DNA from: Candidatus Aenigmatarchaeota archaeon
GTDB taxonomy: Archaea; Aenigmatarchaeota; Aenigmatarchaeia; CG10238-14; SpSt-28
DNA: 64,000 bases
Reading direction: 5' to 3'
Assembly (NCBI GenBank): GCA_038733315.1
Contig: JAVYPJ010000001.1
Span: forward strand, 103,863 to 167,862
A model generated the notes under the pieces. The model ran no database searches. It worked only from the letters and a program-made list of their open reading frames with translations, and was not told the DNA's origin. Of this stretch, positions 1 to 9,058 are shown in pieces. How positions within the stretch are numbered: the first letter of the stretch is position 1; every line of letters starts with the position of its first letter. The position numbers and the translations under genes were made by a program.

Positions 1-303
1 ATTATCTTTAAATCTCAAAAAGACCTAATTCTATATTTACAAAGCAAATTCAAAGACAAAAAATTACCAAGTAAAGAAAAGATAAGAAAAGCCGCTATAA
101 TTGCGGGATATAAAATAAAATATTTTACCAAAAAAATTGAGAAAGAATTTGAAAAATGCCCAATATGCTCATCAAATTTTTCAGAACATTATTCTATTAA
201 TTTAAAAGGAGAAAAGATTTTAGATTTTTATTTTTGTAAGTTTTGTGGATTTAAAACAAAAGATAAAAAGGATTTGCCTATAAAATTTAAATTTATTCTG
301 TAG
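1..303 (+). CDS. 5'-truncated hypothetical zinc-ribbon protein (not in ORF track)
   Basis: Frame 1 is open from the window edge to TAG 301-303: ...EKCPICSSNF...FYFCKFCGFK... (two CxxC pairs). Confidence 0.75.
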   Translation: MIFKSQKDLILYLQSKFKDKKLPSKEKIRKAAIIAGYKIKYFTKKIEKEFEKCPICSSNFSEHYSINLKGEKILDFYFCKFCGFKTKDKKDLPIKFKFIL

Positions 304-1039
304 CCCTCGGCGCCACTACAAAATCTAAGATCATTTTATCCGTTTCTTTAAAGGTTAGTTTTATCGGAAAATCTGTAGCCCACTGAACTATTACTGTATC
401 TGCAATTCTAGCAACTTTACTCATTGCAACTAAGTAATCTAACGGATACCTAGCCTTGCTTACTTCCTCTGCTTGTAAATCAAATAAAATATCTTGACCT
501 TTCTCTATTTCAATATCTAAGGAACTTAGTTCTCCGATAGCGTAAAATCTTATTTTATTACCATCTGTAAATATCTCTATTTCGTCTGCAATTTGTTTAG
601 CGTCGTCTAAGATTTTTCTAAACCCTTCGCTACTCAATTCTGCCTTTGCCTTAAAAGATAGACTATCTATATTAGGTAATTCTTCTTCTGTTAAAGATAA
701 AATTGGCATTGAAAATTTTCTTTTTGTAGTATTTTCGAACGAAATTATTAATTTACCCGCTTCATCGTACATCACTAATTTATCTTTTTTTGTTCCCCTT
801 TTTAGTATTGTTTTTAACTCATCCAAATTTACACCTATGGCTTCTTTATCTACCTCGAACTCATCGAAAGCTATTGGTAAAATATTTAGCCTTATTACAG
901 AAATTAAAGCCTTGTCAGCAGCTGTAAATATTAAGCCTTTATCTTTTTCTATTTTTATTATCCCCTCTTCTACTAACTTGCTTATGCTATCAAAAATATC
1001 TCTTAAAGATGTTGTTTCGTAAGTCGATATTCTGAACAT
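293..1039 (-). CDS. pcn: DNA polymerase sliding clamp PCNA
   Basis: 248 aa; GVNLDELKTILKR, ARYPLDYL, C-terminal VAPR typical of PCNA. Confidence 0.97.
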   Translation of the reverse strand: MFRISTYETTSLRDIFDSISKLVEEGIIKIEKDKGLIFTAADKALISVIRLNILPIAFDEFEVDKEAIGVNLDELKTILKRGTKKDKLVMYDEAGKLIISFENTTKRKFSMPILSLTEEELPNIDSLSFKAKAELSSEGFRKILDDAKQIADEIEIFTDGNKIRFYAIGELSSLDIEIEKGQDILFDLQAEEVSKARYPLDYLVAMSKVARIADTVIVQWATDFPIKLTFKETDKMILDFVVAPRATE

Positions 1040-1054
1040 AAAATAGTAATAAAT

Positions 1055-1336
1055 TTAAATATAAAGATTTTTATACTTCTGAAACAAATCATTAACTTTT
1101 TTAAAATCTTCAAAATCTATTTTTTGAACAATATCAACTATAAAATCATCCTTATCTTTTGTAAAAAAAACCCTCACAAAATCGTTAGTATTAACCTTAA
1201 ATACCGATAAAAACAAAATTTCAGAATTTTCCAACTTAAATCCTTCGTCTCTTATCTCAGAAACCTTTCCATAAGTAAAATACTTTCCATCTTTTAATTC
1301 TTTTGATATTTCGGTTGTTTCTATGAAGCTATACAT
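1055..1336 (-). CDS. Small OB-fold protein, probable RPA14-like replication protein A small subunit
   Basis: 93 aa, OB-like pattern (YGKVSE...FVRVF...VDIVQKI plus C-terminal helix), lying between tfs and pcn. Confidence 0.5.
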   Translation of the reverse strand: MYSFIETTEISKELKDGKYFTYGKVSEIRDEGFKLENSEILFLSVFKVNTNDFVRVFFTKDKDDFIVDIVQKIDFEDFKKVNDLFQKYKNLYI

Positions 1337-1345
1337 AATTTATTT

Positions 1346-1675
1346 TTAATAACTTCTCCAAGAATAGTTACACTTAGTACATATATAAAATATAGTAGGT
1401 GGTTCATCTGCACTTCTGGTTTGCTGAACATAATAATATGCTTCTTGATTTCCGCATTTTGGGCAAACTACGTTTGTTTTTGGTAAATTTTTTTCTTTAT
1501 CCTTTTTTGTAACCACTACAGCTTCTTCAAACTCTTTTCTTACTTTCGTTTTTATAGTTATTTGTTCCTTCTTGTCTAGGGAATAGTTTTTTTCACACTT
1601 TCTACAATATAGAAAAGTTTTACCCTTTTTTCTAACAGGTATTAAAACTGTTCCACACTTTTGACAGGTTCTCAT
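1346..1675 (-). CDS. tfs: Transcription factor S (TFS/RpoM)
   Basis: Two Zn ribbons; QTRSADEP acidic hairpin; start placed at MRTCQKCG. Confidence 0.96.
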   Translation of the reverse strand: MRTCQKCGTVLIPVRKKGKTFLYCRKCEKNYSLDKKEQITIKTKVRKEFEEAVVVTKKDKEKNLPKTNVVCPKCGNQEAYYYVQQTRSADEPPTIFYICTKCNYSWRSY

Positions 1676-1758
1676 TATATAAAGTAATTTCAACTATTTA
1701 TATTTTTTGACGACGCAATAAAAAATAGATATTAATATAATTTTTTGAAGATATTTTT

Positions 1759-2187
1759 ATGAAGGGTATATCTCCGCTAATAGCTACAATTATATTAATA
1801 GGTATAACCGTAATTATTGCTGGTGTTTTAGGCTTATGGGCGGCGAACTTTGTAACTTCGAAAACACAAGAAATAGGCCAAGGTACTACTGAAATAATGA
1901 GATTTAAATGTGATTTTATGAAATTTACCGTAGTTTCTAAAAACACACTTAATAATAATATTAGCTTTATTATATTGAACGATGGACCCATAGACATTAA
2001 TGGTCTCTCATTTACATTTATAGATCTTGATGATCAGAACAATATTAAAAATGTTGCTGGGATCGAAACGAACACTACATTAAAAAGAGCTTCTTACTCA
2101 AGAATAGAAATTCCAATTCTGCTAAATGATTATAACAAAATAGAGATTAGAAGTATAGAATGTCCAAACGTTAAAGCAGAGGAATAA
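1759..2187 (+). CDS. Archaeal type IV pilin
   Basis: Class III signal peptide MKG|ISPLIATIILIGITV; convergent with pilus assembly genes. Confidence 0.9.
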   Translation: MKGISPLIATIILIGITVIIAGVLGLWAANFVTSKTQEIGQGTTEIMRFKCDFMKFTVVSKNTLNNNISFIILNDGPIDINGLSFTFIDLDDQNNIKNVAGIETNTTLKRASYSRIEIPILLNDYNKIEIRSIECPNVKAEE

Positions 2188-2192
2188 AAACC

Positions 2193-3020
2193 TTAAGCTG
2201 ATAAAGAAAATGTCAAGTAACCTATTATCATTAGTATTATAGAGTACCTTAAACCAACTATTACACTACCTTCGCTCATCTTTCCAATTAATAATCCGTT
2301 AAAAAAACTCTGAATTAGTATAAGATGTAATATTATATTTTTAATTTCTAAGATGTTAATATTAACTTTTTTTTGAAATATTGCTCCGCTTTGATATTCT
2401 CCTATGGTTGGAATTAAAAACTTTAAAAGAATTATTATTATTGCTAAAAACATAAAGTAAATTAAAAATCCGTTAACTTTTGTTGGAGCGGCTATCATTT
2501 CCCTTTCTTTTTTAATTTTTTCGGATTCTATTAAGCTACTTATTGTAGCTTCTATAACAGAACTCATATCTCCACCAGCTTTAACAGCCTCTCCAACTGT
2601 TAAACTTAATTTTTTTATTAATTTAGATTCGCTCCTTTTTGCTAAGTTATATAGCGCTTTATCGAAAGGTATTCCTAATTTTATTTCTGAGGCCATTTTC
2701 TTAACTAAGGGTGTTAAAGATTTATAATCGTTATTCGCTATATCCTCAAAAATTAGAACTATATTCTTTCCGCTTTTAATACCTTCTGAAAGGTCTCTTA
2801 GAAAAGATGAAAAGTATACTTCCATTTCTTTTCTTGTTTTTTCTTTTTGATTTAAGATTAAAAATATTATAATTAGTGGCACGAATATCGCTAACGCATT
2901 TAGAAAAACATTAATAATTAAAACGTTTAAAATTTTTGATAAAATCAAATTATTAAAGAAAAGCAGAAAAATTCCAAAAACTACAGATATTATTATTGAT
3001 AAAATTTCTTCCGATTTCAT
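2193..3020 (-). CDS. Type II/IV secretion system F-domain (TadC-like) membrane platform protein
   Basis: FLRDLSEGIKSG, LGIPFDKAL, KAGGD, GLLIGKMSEGS. Confidence 0.93.
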   Translation of the reverse strand: MKSEEILSIIISVVFGIFLLFFNNLILSKILNVLIINVFLNALAIFVPLIIIFLILNQKEKTRKEMEVYFSSFLRDLSEGIKSGKNIVLIFEDIANNDYKSLTPLVKKMASEIKLGIPFDKALYNLAKRSESKLIKKLSLTVGEAVKAGGDMSSVIEATISSLIESEKIKKEREMIAAPTKVNGFLIYFMFLAIIIILLKFLIPTIGEYQSGAIFQKKVNINILEIKNIILHLILIQSFFNGLLIGKMSEGSVIVGLRYSIILMIIGYLTFSLSA

Positions 3021-3871
3021 ATTTCTACTTCTATCCCCTTAATGAAAACTAAGAAAAATATATTTAAAAAGGGTAAAATTATATAAGTAAATATTTTAAA
3101 TAAATCTGTTAGAGAAATGCCGCCAACACTTTCTTGAATAGCGGCCATAACTATCATTATAGATACTAAGAATAATGGCAAAGAGACTACAAGACCTATG
3201 TATATTTCACTTATTGTTCCTAATCTTTGCAAGAAGCTTTCCTTTTTTATTCTCCAATCAAACATCAGATAATCATAGGTTATCTTAAGATATTTTTTTA
3301 AATCACCTCCACTCTCTATTATTGAAGCCAAGTTTCCTAAGAATTTTTGAAAAATAGGAGAGCATGTTGTTGATGCAACCTCTTTAATAGCTGAAATAAA
3401 ATCTATCCCATAGTTTTCTACTCTAATAACTACTTCCTTTAGCTCCTTTGATAATGCCCCATACTCTTCGAAATTAGAGATAATCTTAAAAATAAGATAA
3501 GGATTTATGTTGCTTTCTGAAATAGCCATCATATGAGAAACCGCACTTATAAAATTGTTTTCTATTTCTCTCCTATAATCGCTTTCTCCCTGAATAGCCC
3601 CGAAATAAAAAGTTAGGAAAACTGTTATAGGGATTAAAAAGGGTATTAAAGATTTAAGTATAAAGAATTCCTTAGGTATATTGATTGGTATGAAAAAAAT
3701 AAATATACCTATTATAAAAGATAGAAAAGTATAGAAAAACATTCTAGCTAAATAAATAGAATAAAGAGTTTTTGATCTAGTAGATGTTAGGGCTCTCTTA
3801 ATTCTTAAGAAAAATTTCAGCTTCTTAACTCTTTCCACTAACCAAGAAAACAGTGAATACTCTATACTCAT
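3017..3871 (-). CDS. Type II/IV secretion system F-domain (TadB/TadC-like) protein
   Basis: EYGALSKE, GIDFISAI, IESGGDLKKYL plus TM helices; follows the ATPase. Confidence 0.92.
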   Translation of the reverse strand: MSIEYSLFSWLVERVKKLKFFLRIKRALTSTRSKTLYSIYLARMFFYTFLSFIIGIFIFFIPINIPKEFFILKSLIPFLIPITVFLTFYFGAIQGESDYRREIENNFISAVSHMMAISESNINPYLIFKIISNFEEYGALSKELKEVVIRVENYGIDFISAIKEVASTTCSPIFQKFLGNLASIIESGGDLKKYLKITYDYLMFDWRIKKESFLQRLGTISEIYIGLVVSLPLFLVSIMIVMAAIQESVGGISLTDLFKIFTYIILPFLNIFFLVFIKGIEVEI

Positions 3872-3879
3872 AAAATATT

Positions 3880-5484
3880 TTAAGTTTCCACAACAAAAAT
3901 ATAACCGAGTTTTTTTGTTATATCACTTTCTTTTAATTTAAGGATTTTTCTTTTTGCTTCCTCATATTCAATCTTACCCTCTATCATTTGCATTAAAGTT
4001 TTTTTATCCTTATAATACATCTTTATTATTTCCGCTACCTCTTCATAACTTTTTTTATTATTTTTTTGCATCCATTCAATAACCTTAATTCTATCTTCTA
4101 TTTCTTTAATAGCGTTTTCCATCGTAATACCATATTTTTCACAGATTTTTGGAATCAGTAAGCTTTCACTTGCTTTTTCATAAGAATCTGTAAATGGATT
4201 CCATCTATATGTTATGTTTTGCATAACCTCACCCCTTTCATCGATTCCACCAATCTCCACAATCTCCTTAATTCTTCTAGCATATTCTCCTTTTTCTTTA
4301 GCCCTTTTCATTACTATTACAAAATCTAAGGCTTCTACTAGTCCGATTGGTAATTCTATTGGTGGAGAAATCAATCTTTTAACTAAGGAGCTAACATCTT
4401 CTGCATGGAATGTAGATATACTCGCATGACCAGAAGCCATACCTTGAAACATAACATAAACTTCTCTACCTCTTGTTTCCCCAACAATAACATATTCTGG
4501 ATTCATTCTAAAACTTTCTCTTAGTAAATCAAAAAGGGTTACTTCTCCATATTTACTTCCACTAGGAAGCGGTAAACCAAAACCTACTCTAGTAACTAAA
4601 GGAACCCAATGCTCATGAACAAATCTCAATTCTCTTGTATCTTCTATACTTACAATCTTGGCATCTGGTCTAATAAAAATTCCTAAGCTATTTAAAAAGC
4701 TCGTTTTTCCACTTCCTACACCGCCAATTATTAAAAAAGATGTTTTATGCTCTATTAGAAACCATAAATATGCTAAAATTTCGCTATTTACAGTTTTTAA
4801 GTCTATTAATTCTATTGGAGAAAATGGTTTCTCAGTAAATTTTCTTATAGTAAAAGATGGGCCTTTTTGAGATATCTCTTCGCTAAAAGTTGCGCTAACT
4901 CTTGAGCCATCCGGTAAAGTTCCTTCTAAAATGGGTTCAGCATAAGATACGTATCTTCCACATTTTTGAGATAATTTGATTATGAATTCCTTTAGCTTTT
5001 CTATATCTCTAAAAATAATATTAGTTCTTATGTTTCCAAAGTATCTATGAGTTACGTATATTGGCAAATTAACTCCACTACAGCTTATGTCCTCTATGTA
5101 TGGATCGTGCATTAATGGCTCTATTTCGTTTAAACCTATAAAATCTCTAAAAATATAATAACTAATTTTCAGAAAACTTTCGCTATCAACCTTAATTTTC
5201 AATATACTTATTACTTTCTTAATAGCCTCTTCTACTGTTTTATTTAGTATTTCTTTATTTTTAACTTTTTCTAAATCTATGTCCAAATATTCTAAGATAA
5301 GCTCTTTTATTCTTTCTAACGTTTTCTTCTCACTATCATTTAGCTCTGGCTCTATTACTTCGTAAAAAATACTTTTATCTTCTTTGTTATAGAAAATGTG
5401 AGCATATGCATATGGTTTTATTAATTCATATTTTATATTTAGATTTTCGATTTTCTCCGGGATTTTTATTTCAAGTATTTCCAT
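3880..5484 (-). CDS. Type IV pilus assembly ATPase (FlaI/TadA family)
   Basis: Walker A GGVGSGKTS, SIEDTRE, RMNPEYVIVGETRG, GHASISTFHA. Confidence 0.96.
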   Translation of the reverse strand: MEILEIKIPEKIENLNIKYELIKPYAYAHIFYNKEDKSIFYEVIEPELNDSEKKTLERIKELILEYLDIDLEKVKNKEILNKTVEEAIKKVISILKIKVDSESFLKISYYIFRDFIGLNEIEPLMHDPYIEDISCSGVNLPIYVTHRYFGNIRTNIIFRDIEKLKEFIIKLSQKCGRYVSYAEPILEGTLPDGSRVSATFSEEISQKGPSFTIRKFTEKPFSPIELIDLKTVNSEILAYLWFLIEHKTSFLIIGGVGSGKTSFLNSLGIFIRPDAKIVSIEDTRELRFVHEHWVPLVTRVGFGLPLPSGSKYGEVTLFDLLRESFRMNPEYVIVGETRGREVYVMFQGMASGHASISTFHAEDVSSLVKRLISPPIELPIGLVEALDFVIVMKRAKEKGEYARRIKEIVEIGGIDERGEVMQNITYRWNPFTDSYEKASESLLIPKICEKYGITMENAIKEIEDRIKVIEWMQKNNKKSYEEVAEIIKMYYKDKKTLMQMIEGKIEYEEAKRKILKLKESDITKKLGYIFVVET

Positions 5485-5488
5485 AAAA

Positions 5489-5773
5489 TTAATATATCTT
5501 CAACTTTTTTCTAACAGCTTTTCCAGGCTGAACAACCCCTAAGAATCTTGCACATTTTGGGCAAACTCTTAATTTAATAGTGGATAGACTTACTAAATTC
5601 GGATTTATACTTTTAACAATTACAGCATCTTTTAATGTCTGTTTTTTATTTAAAACAAATGTTTTATATCTAGGATATAATCCGCCGCATAAATCGCAGT
5701 GTATATGATATTCGTTACCTCTAGCTTTTGTGTGCTCATATGTTCTTTTATATGGAGCTTTGCTTATCGGCAT
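5489..5773 (-). CDS. rps26e: 30S ribosomal protein eS26 (S26e)
   Basis: RG...CDLCGGLYPRYK...VCPKCARFLGVV matches the eS26 Zn-binding pattern. Confidence 0.75.
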   Translation of the reverse strand: MPISKAPYKRTYEHTKARGNEYHIHCDLCGGLYPRYKTFVLNKKQTLKDAVIVKSINPNLVSLSTIKLRVCPKCARFLGVVQPGKAVRKKLKIY

Positions 5774-5797
5774 AGAAAAAATATCTTAAAAAATATA

Positions 5798-6250
5798 TTA
5801 ATATTTCTCTGTTCTATCAAAATCGTAATACGATGCTATTTTCTCAAAAAATCCTTTTAAATCTTTATCGTTACTAAAAATCTTTTCTATAAGTTTAAAT
5901 AAATCGTATCTACAAATTGGCTTTCCTTTTAATTCTTTTAGCCTTTCTATATATTTTTCATCTACTTTTCTTTTTTTGAGAAGCTCGATTATTTTTTCTA
6001 GTATTGCGTCATTAATATCACTCTTTGGTGGAGTTAAGAAAAGCGGTTCTTTACATACAACACAATTAATTACAGAGCTTGGACTTTCTTCTTCTAAAAT
6101 TTCCTCATAATCATCAAATTCTTCATAAAAATCAAATTTGAAGCGCAGGAAACTCTCAGTTAATATTTTATTTAGGTTCTTTATCGACCGGGCATAAGGG
6201 CAATTTCCTCCCCGGTCGTTGTCTTTAATGTCTTTGATGGGAATATCATT
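5798..6250 (-). CDS. Open frame of 150 codons with no ATG/GTG/TTG; hypothetical CxxC protein (recoded, frameshifted or sequencing error)
   Basis: Frame open from 6250 to TAA 5798-5800: ...YEEFDDYEEILEEESPSSVINCVVCKEPLFLTPPK...KPICRYDLFKLIEK...; the C-terminal ~110 codons have genome-typical K/E/I/L composition. Confidence 0.7.
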   Translation of the reverse strand, partial: NDIPIKDIKDNDRGGNCPYARSIKNLNKILTESFLRFKFDFYEEFDDYEEILEEESPSSVINCVVCKEPLFLTPPKSDINDAILEKIIELLKKRKVDEKYIERLKELKGKPICRYDLFKLIEKIFSNDKDLKGFFEKIASYYDFDRTEKY

Positions 6251-6366
6251 TTACCTAAGCATACTGTATTAGAATATGCCCATCCACAAGAACTATAAGA
6301 AATAGAATAATCTAAGAAAGTTTTATGTAAGCTGCTTAGCTTGATGTTTTTTTGATTCCTGGTCAT
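6140..6366. ncRNA. Candidate structured RNA or structured 5' leader (overlaps a 61-aa ORF, 6181..6366 minus)
   Basis: Complementary segments: CGACCGGG/CCCGGTCG (6185-6192/6211-6218), GATGGG/CCCATC, CTAAGCA/TGCTTAG, terminal CAGGAA/TTCCTG; GC higher than flanks. Confidence 0.45.
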
Positions 6367-6397
6367 ACTACCTATAAATTTAAAATAGTAATAATTC

Positions 6398-6416
6398 TAT
6401 ATTTAAAGATTTCTAT
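6398..6416 (-). promoter_or_regulatory. BRE-TATA promoter driving the 6366->5798 unit
   Basis: Minus strand ATAGAAATCTTTAAATATA, close to TATAGAAATCTATATATTTA upstream of tfb; AGGTAG just before ATG 6366. Confidence 0.55.
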
Positions 6417-6456
6417 TATTTATTATTAGTTTTTATAACGAGTATATTTTAAATTT

Positions 6457-7245
6457 ATGGATTTTGAAGTTTTTTTTAATTTCATAAAAAATAAGGATTT
6501 ATTAAAAGAAAAAATTAAGGGAATTAAAGAGACTCCAAAAATAAATTTAAAAAATGTTTGGAAAAATTATTTGCCAAGAGAAAAAGGGGATTGCTGCGTA
6601 GCAATAGATGGAAGCTACAATTATCTAAAATTCAGATCTATGATTTTTTACGTTATTAACATTTCATCTGTTTTTTATTATAATGACGAAAAAATAGAAA
6701 CCAAAAGTTTTCCAGAGTTTAATGTTACAGAAGATTTTCTATTCTTTGAAGATGTTTTAAGGTCTGAAATGATTAATAGAGAACTCGAAATTGCATCCAA
6801 TCTTTGCAAAGATTTTAACGTTATGATAGATGGCTCTTTAAACTCTTTCCTAAACTTTATAACAAAAGATAAAAGAAAGGAAATTTTGAGTAAATTTGAA
6901 AGCACAAATAAATTAGTTTTTTCTATATCAAAAACACCAATTAAAAAAATAGATGAAAGTATTGAGATGGGCTTTTCTGATATGTTTGAAAAATATAAAG
7001 AGAATAATATAGTATCCTTTTTCTTTAAGTTAAGAGAGGATTCTCTTACATTTAAAGTGGAAACGTTTGAAAAAAATAAAAATAAAATTGAAGAAATTGT
7101 TTCTTTAATAAGATTTTTTGAATTTAGAGGATATCCATATTTATTAATTAAAGCGCATAGAAAAGCGAAGATTACAAATAAAGATATGGAAAAGTTTGCG
7201 AACATTTTAGAAATAAAAGAGAAAACTGGTAGAGAAATATTATGA
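6457..7245 (+). CDS. nurA: NurA 5'-3' nuclease
   Basis: AIDGS and MIDGS motifs, GYPYLLIKAH; overlaps herA. Confidence 0.9.
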   Translation: MDFEVFFNFIKNKDLLKEKIKGIKETPKINLKNVWKNYLPREKGDCCVAIDGSYNYLKFRSMIFYVINISSVFYYNDEKIETKSFPEFNVTEDFLFFEDVLRSEMINRELEIASNLCKDFNVMIDGSLNSFLNFITKDKRKEILSKFESTNKLVFSISKTPIKKIDESIEMGFSDMFEKYKENNIVSFFFKLREDSLTFKVETFEKNKNKIEEIVSLIRFFEFRGYPYLLIKAHRKAKITNKDMEKFANILEIKEKTGREIL

Positions 7246-8693
7246 TAATAGGTAGATGTGTAGGAGATGCAAGAATAGAAGAAATAACATTTATATCTAC
7301 AAAAATGCCAGAAATAGGTCAATATGTTATATTAGAATATGATGATAAGAAAATTCTTGGAATGATAGAAGATTTAATAAGATTTAATCCTGCATTAGAT
7401 GAGGAACTACTAAGCGAAGAAGAAGTAGAATCTATTCAAAAATTTGAAAAAAAATATGTAATAAAAGGTAAAATTAAAATTCTTGGAGATTTAGAAAATC
7501 TAAGATTGCCAAAAGTTCCGCCAAAACCTGGAACAATAGTTAGAATTGCTGAAAAAAGTGAATTAGAAAAAATTTTCGGTAAAAGTGAGAAATCGATAAA
7601 TATAGGCAAGCTATTAACTAATGAAGATGTAGAGGTTTATTTAGATGTTAACAAAATGATTTCTAGACATTTAGCTATTCTATCCATTACTGGAGCTGGC
7701 AAATCGAATACTGTTAGTGTAATAGTTGAAGAATTAAGTAAGCTTGGGGTTACATCACTAATTTTTGATATGCATAGCGAATATGTTGATGCAAATTTTT
7801 CTAAGAAAAAAATTATTCCAACAAAAATTAATCCTCTTTTTTTGCACTTTAGAGAGGCCGCAAGAATGATGAATATAGAAGAGGGTGCGTACATTCAAGA
7901 AATGTTTTTTAGAAAAGCTTGGGAGAGTGTTAAAGAAAAGTTAAGAGACATGAAGATTAAACTAGATATAAACACTTTTTTTGATTTTTTGCTTAGAGAA
8001 TTGGAAATATTATCTAAAAAAGAAAAAAACTCTGAAGAATCTATATATAAGGTTATTTCAAAGGTTGAGAATTTCAGAGAAAAGTTTAAAGACATTTTCG
8101 ATTTAAGCTATGACGATGTTTCAAACTTAATAGAGAGAGGAAAAATAAATATTCTAGACTTAGGATTCGTAGATGAAGAGGTTGCTGATATTTTTGTTAG
8201 CCATACTTTAAGAAAAGTTTTAGAAGAAAGAAAAAGATTTAAAAATTCTGGAGTTGGATTAAGTTTTCCTGTGTTTATTATAATAGAAGAAGCTCATATA
8301 TTAATTCCAAAAGATTTTGATACATTCACAAAATATTGGGCTTCAAGAATCGCTAGAGAAGGTAGAAAATTCGGAGTTGGTTTATGTTTGGTTAGTCAAA
8401 GACCTAAATCATTAGATTCTAATACCCTAAGCCAGGCTAATAATATGATAATATTAAAATTAGTTGAGCCAAATGATCAAAAATATGTACAAGCTGCTAG
8501 TGAGATGTTAACAGATGAATTATTAATCAGACTTTCTTCACTAAACATTGGAGAGGCTGTTGTTATAGGGCCTATGATTAGAATACCTGCGATTGTTAAA
8601 ATAAAAGAGTTTGAGGGCAAAATAAGTGGAAAGGATATTGATTTTATTGAGGAAAGTAAAAAGATTGAAAATAAAGAGATTGATTTAATATAA
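7242..8693 (+). CDS. herA: HerA bipolar helicase/translocase
   Basis: HAS barrel, RHLAILSITGAGKS, FDMHSEY, IEEAH, IAREGRKFG, SQRP. Confidence 0.96.
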   Translation: MIIGRCVGDARIEEITFISTKMPEIGQYVILEYDDKKILGMIEDLIRFNPALDEELLSEEEVESIQKFEKKYVIKGKIKILGDLENLRLPKVPPKPGTIVRIAEKSELEKIFGKSEKSINIGKLLTNEDVEVYLDVNKMISRHLAILSITGAGKSNTVSVIVEELSKLGVTSLIFDMHSEYVDANFSKKKIIPTKINPLFLHFREAARMMNIEEGAYIQEMFFRKAWESVKEKLRDMKIKLDINTFFDFLLRELEILSKKEKNSEESIYKVISKVENFREKFKDIFDLSYDDVSNLIERGKINILDLGFVDEEVADIFVSHTLRKVLEERKRFKNSGVGLSFPVFIIIEEAHILIPKDFDTFTKYWASRIAREGRKFGVGLCLVSQRPKSLDSNTLSQANNMIILKLVEPNDQKYVQAASEMLTDELLIRLSSLNIGEAVVIGPMIRIPAIVKIKEFEGKISGKDIDFIEESKKIENKEIDLI

Positions 8694-9032
8694 AAAAACT
8701 GAAAAATAATTTCCGAATTTAATTATTTTTCTTTTTAGATTTTTTTGTAACTCTTTATCTAAGGTTGCGATTAAATATTCGTCTTTATATTTCAATATCA
8801 AATCATCTACCTTTCCTTTTTCCTTTATTAGAGTTATTTTTCCATTTCTTATAAGTAGCCTTACTTCTTTTAAAATTCTTTTACTTATATTTCCTATCTC
8901 AGCTAACGAATTCTCAAAAATATATATACAATAGTTTCCAATCGTATTGTCTAAGAAATCTTCAAAAACTCTAAATTTTTTTTCTTTTATCAAATAAACC
9001 AAAAAATTTGTATCTAACAAAACTTTTTCCAT
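8685..9032 (-). CDS. PIN-domain protein (Fcf1/Utp24-like)
   Basis: VLLDTNFL, VDDLIL, IATLDKEL. Confidence 0.85.
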   Translation of the reverse strand: MEKVLLDTNFLVYLIKEKKFRVFEDFLDNTIGNYCIYIFENSLAEIGNISKRILKEVRLLIRNGKITLIKEKGKVDDLILKYKDEYLIATLDKELQKNLKRKIIKFGNYFSVFLY

Positions 9033-9058
9033 ATCTATTTTTCATTTAGATTTTATAT

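Noticed and set aside
6140..6366. Structured element as RNase P RNA, SRP RNA, SECIS or group I intron
   Set aside because: GAGGAAA/CAGGAAACTC resemble RNase P CR-I, but I found no matching CR-V/P4 partner, no SRP helix-8 motif, no group I P7 core and no in-frame UGA gene. A BHB intron at the CAGGAA/TTCCTG stem does not fit canonical 3-4-3 geometry.
6678..7322. 214-aa minus-strand ORF
   Set aside because: Antisense shadow of nurA/herA with F/S/L/I-rich composition. The same applies to most short overlapping ORFs in the track.
6457..8693. NurA-HerA as an antiviral HerA system
   Set aside because: Motifs match the standard archaeal repair pair. Separation from mre11/rad50 is unsurprising given the operon fragmentation here.
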